A DNA stretch of 59,615 nt, the filler included, from Bipalium vagum (lineage: Eukaryota): NCBI GenBank assembly GCA_037834085.1. It is 3 parts of 3 records of this genome, joined end to end, with 100 filler letters (N's around TTAATTAATTAA, not from the genome) between each part and the next. Parts side by side here need not be neighbours in the genome. Positions count along the whole stretch, not along the records: positions 38,075 to 59,615 come from JBBMKC010235921.1; 2 more parts are not named here. The stretch is one strand, 5' to 3'. Below, one piece after another: positions 56,917 through 59,615 of this stretch. Numbering within the stretch: the stretch's first letter is position 1; every line of letters starts with the position of its first letter. Made by a program: the position numbers and the translations under genes. The notes under the pieces were generated by a model. It ran no database searches and was not told where the DNA came from. It saw only the letters and a list, made by a program, of their open reading frames with translations.

Positions 56917-57186
56917 GACCTGGTGTGGTCGCCATGTTAGTTGAAAATTAATCGGAGATACCGGGACTCGAACCCGGGAACTTCACATGCGCATAAACTG
57001 CTATGACTGCTAAGCTACATCCCCCGACTAATTTTCAATTTATTTCACACCCCCCTCCTTTAAAGCTCACAACCATATCCTTAACCGCCCGAGTCTCTTA
57101 ATTCCATTTCCTTTCGTTTTACTTTTCCTTTACACTTTTGAGACCTCATCCGCTGGTTGGTGTCCTGGTGTGGTCACGATGTTAGT
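56917..57186 (-). mobile_element. tRNA-containing TRIM (Helenus/Cassandra-type non-autonomous LTR retrotransposon)
   Basis: Minus strand: ACTAACA + PBS (57162-57179) + internal + PPT AAAGGAGGGGGG (57050-57061) + 115-bp TGT...ACA LTR (56935-57049) + PBS TGGCGACCACACCAGG (56919-56934). Confidence 0.85.
56954..57024 (-). pseudogene. tRNA-Ala(CGC)-like sequence inside the LTR
   Basis: GGGGATG/TATCTCC acceptor with G3:U70, A-box-like TAGCTTAGCAG, B box GGTTCGAGTCC, perfect T-stem; anticodon arm degenerate. Confidence 0.8.
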
Positions 57187-58598
57187 GGTTGCTAAAAAAT
57201 CATTACATTCCATAAAAATTTATTAATTCAAACCGTTTTCTGTTTTGTTCAATTTTCTATTAATACAAAGGAAATTTTAATACTTTTAACATATAAAATT
57301 TTCGCATTTAATTCGAATATATTGAGCTTTAAAATTTATACTTGTTTTTATTAAAAATGTAATTTATACTTTATTTAATTTTAAATTATTAAAATCTATT
57401 AGCTCAATGTACTGCAAATTAAATATGTTACTCAGATATTTTTAAATTCTCACATTGAGGATCAATTAATTTTTTAACTTCAGGTTCCTATAACCTTTTT
57501 CTTTTGTTTATATTTCACACGCTAAGTATGATGGTGAAATAAATTGTTTTCTTTATCAAGGACCTTTGAGCGTAAGAGCCAGAGAATTTTTCTTTAAAAA
57601 ATTCCCCAATAATTTTGAAAATATCCATCACGGACGATACTCACGGTTTTGTAAAAATAATATCATTTTATTCAAAATATACTTTGTAAACTTAAATCTT
57701 TATCTCAGTGATTTTAAATAAAAGCAACTTTCATCGTTAAGTTCTAAATGCATCACTCCACATATTTTACAAAATTTTTAGGAACTTAACAATATTAAAT
57801 ATGTTATATCGAACAAATAAAGAATGTAAGAATACGATTACTCTTTTTTATATAAAGATATTTTTAAAATGATGTGATGTATTTCATTAATGTCAACGTA
57901 ATTTTCTGTAACCCTGTATTACTTTATAAGAAATTTTCTAAGTTTTTCTATTTCATTTTTATAAATAAAAAAATATTTATGATCAATAATATTTTATAAA
58001 AATTTAATCGATAATGAAAATTAGATAATTTTTAACAAATCAAATTCATTTTAATTTGAAATTCGTATTGATATCTAAAATTTGAATTATTGGCTTTCAT
58101 AATAATTTTTTCTAAGGCAGAAGGAAATGAATTTACTAAAATCCCTTTTCGTGAAACTTTAGTTAAGCCGCTTATGTGCAAAGTAAATTTTATTTTTATT
58201 ATATTACTAATATTATTTTACCTTTTACTCTTATTTTCACAAACTCTACAGATTAAAAGAAAGAAAATTGATACTTTAACCAATAATGAAAACTGGAAAA
58301 AGTAAATTAATAATTCTGGAGTTACAAAAATTAATGAGTAAAATGATCAAAAAATATTTTCAGACAAAGAAATAAAAATAATGAATTCTTGATTTATCTT
58401 TTGACTTAAGTGATAAGGAACTTTGAATATGAAAACCAGCTCATGATTACATATGCGAAAAAAACATCTACTAATTGTAAAACATTTTTTGAAGAAATTT
58501 AACTTATCTGAAGTTGGTAAAAATAGTCAAAATTAGATAGACGTAAAATCGAAAGTTTTAATGAAAGCAAGGTTTTGAAATATGCGTTATATCATCAT

Positions 58599-58713
58599 TG
58601 TGAGATCAATTGAAAATTAGTCAGGGGATGTATCACAGCGATCAGAGCAGTGCATACGCATGTGAAGGTCTCGGGTTCGAATCCCGGTATCTCCGATTAA
58701 TTTTCAACTAACA
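58599..58713 (+). mobile_element. Solo LTR of the tRNA-containing TRIM
   Basis: 115 bp, TGT...ACA, aligns without gaps to 56935-57049 with about 15 mismatches by hand count; tRNA-Ala-like core 58624-58694 with B box GGTTCGAATCC. Confidence 0.85.
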
Positions 58714-59539
58714 ACAAATTAAGATTGATTCACAATTAAAATATGATTGTATTCGAATTGGTCTAGCGGTTAGTGCAGTTGCAATGATGATAGGCATTGT
58801 ACATTTGTTGTTGGTTTATTAATTTATATTACTGCTGCAACAGTAGTAATATAGTTTGACGCCAATCACTTTATATTAGTAGGAATGTTACAAATTATTT
58901 GTAAAATTTTCATAATAAGTCGATTTATTAATTAATATACCTAGTTGAATTGTTAGGGGATAAAATGGTAATTAATGAAGAATTGAATAAGCTAAAATAA
59001 TTAAAAAATACTATAAAAAGTGAACGAGAAGATAAAATTAATTAAATTTTTGTTATGAATGAATTGAAAAGTGAAACTAAAAATGAATATTTAACCAATA
59101 TAAGAAAAGTAACTTGACGACTAAATAACTATTTGATATGATTAATACAAATACATTTTAGGTTAATGAAATATGAGTTAGAGTAGTTTAACTAGCTCAA
59201 CAAAAAGACTGCAAGTAATTATTTAAATGGAGTCTGAATTCTAGATTTGGTTTAATTATGTATTTTTGAACAAGAATCGAATGATATAATTTTATAATGT
59301 TCACAAACCCTTAAGCTGCTTCAAAGTTTTTTTCTATGTCTATAATATTGTGAATTAAAGAAATATTTTGGGGGATTCAATCTACACTTTTCATTTCCCT
59401 ACTACTATTAATAATATTTTTTTCATATTCTTATATTTTTGTTTTTTCACATTTCTTCTTTCATATTTATTTTTACTGATTTAGAATAATATAAACATGT
59501 TAATTCTTGTCTCTCTTCCTAAATATTTCTTTCATAATA

Positions 59540-59615
59540 GAGATTATAGCAAACTGCTTCCTTCTTTTTGGAATGAGGTGATTTTTTCTGATGAAAGTCG
59601 CATAGAACTGTTCTC
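59540..59615 (+). mobile_element. Tc1 transposase fragment (runs off window)
   Basis: WNEVIFSDESRIELF, the first catalytic-D motif of Tc1 transposases. Confidence 0.75.

Noticed and set aside
56917-57186. About 25-bp direct repeats read as a long TSD or CRISPR-like repeat
   Set aside because: The repeat is exactly the LTR end plus PBS; only two copies, in a eukaryotic context.
58624-58694. Functional tRNA-Ala gene
   Set aside because: D and anticodon stems are disrupted, and both copies share LTR flanks, so they are TE-borne.
58595-58717. TSD around the solo LTR
   Set aside because: Flanks TCAT and ACAA match at only 2 of 4 positions, so no TSD can be claimed.

Overview
Very AT-rich eukaryotic (animal-like) genomic DNA with GT-AG introns, (AAT)n microsatellites and three scaffold gaps. 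The composition and repeat landscape resemble a triclad flatworm, but the taxon cannot be confirmed from sequence alone. One plus-strand, multi-exon protein-coding gene can be rebuilt by hand from splice-phase-consistent exons (about 20.4-55.9 kb, possibly starting at 8.3 kb). It encodes a largely low-complexity protein of roughly 480 aa that I do not recognise. Its introns and flanks hold decayed transposons: many mariner/Tc1/maT/Tigger copies, several with both TIRs and TA target duplications, a hAT transposase relic, Ty3/gypsy pol and integrase fragments, a possible BEL/Pao fragment and LTR-like remnants. The most striking signal is at 56.9-58.7 kb: two copies of a 115-bp TG...CA LTR whose core is a tRNA-Ala-like Pol III gene. 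One copy sits in a PBS - 130 bp internal - polypurine tract - LTR - PBS arrangement, i.e. a Helenus/Cassandra-type miniature LTR retrotransposon shaped like a captured reverse-transcription intermediate. All translations and alignments were done by eye.
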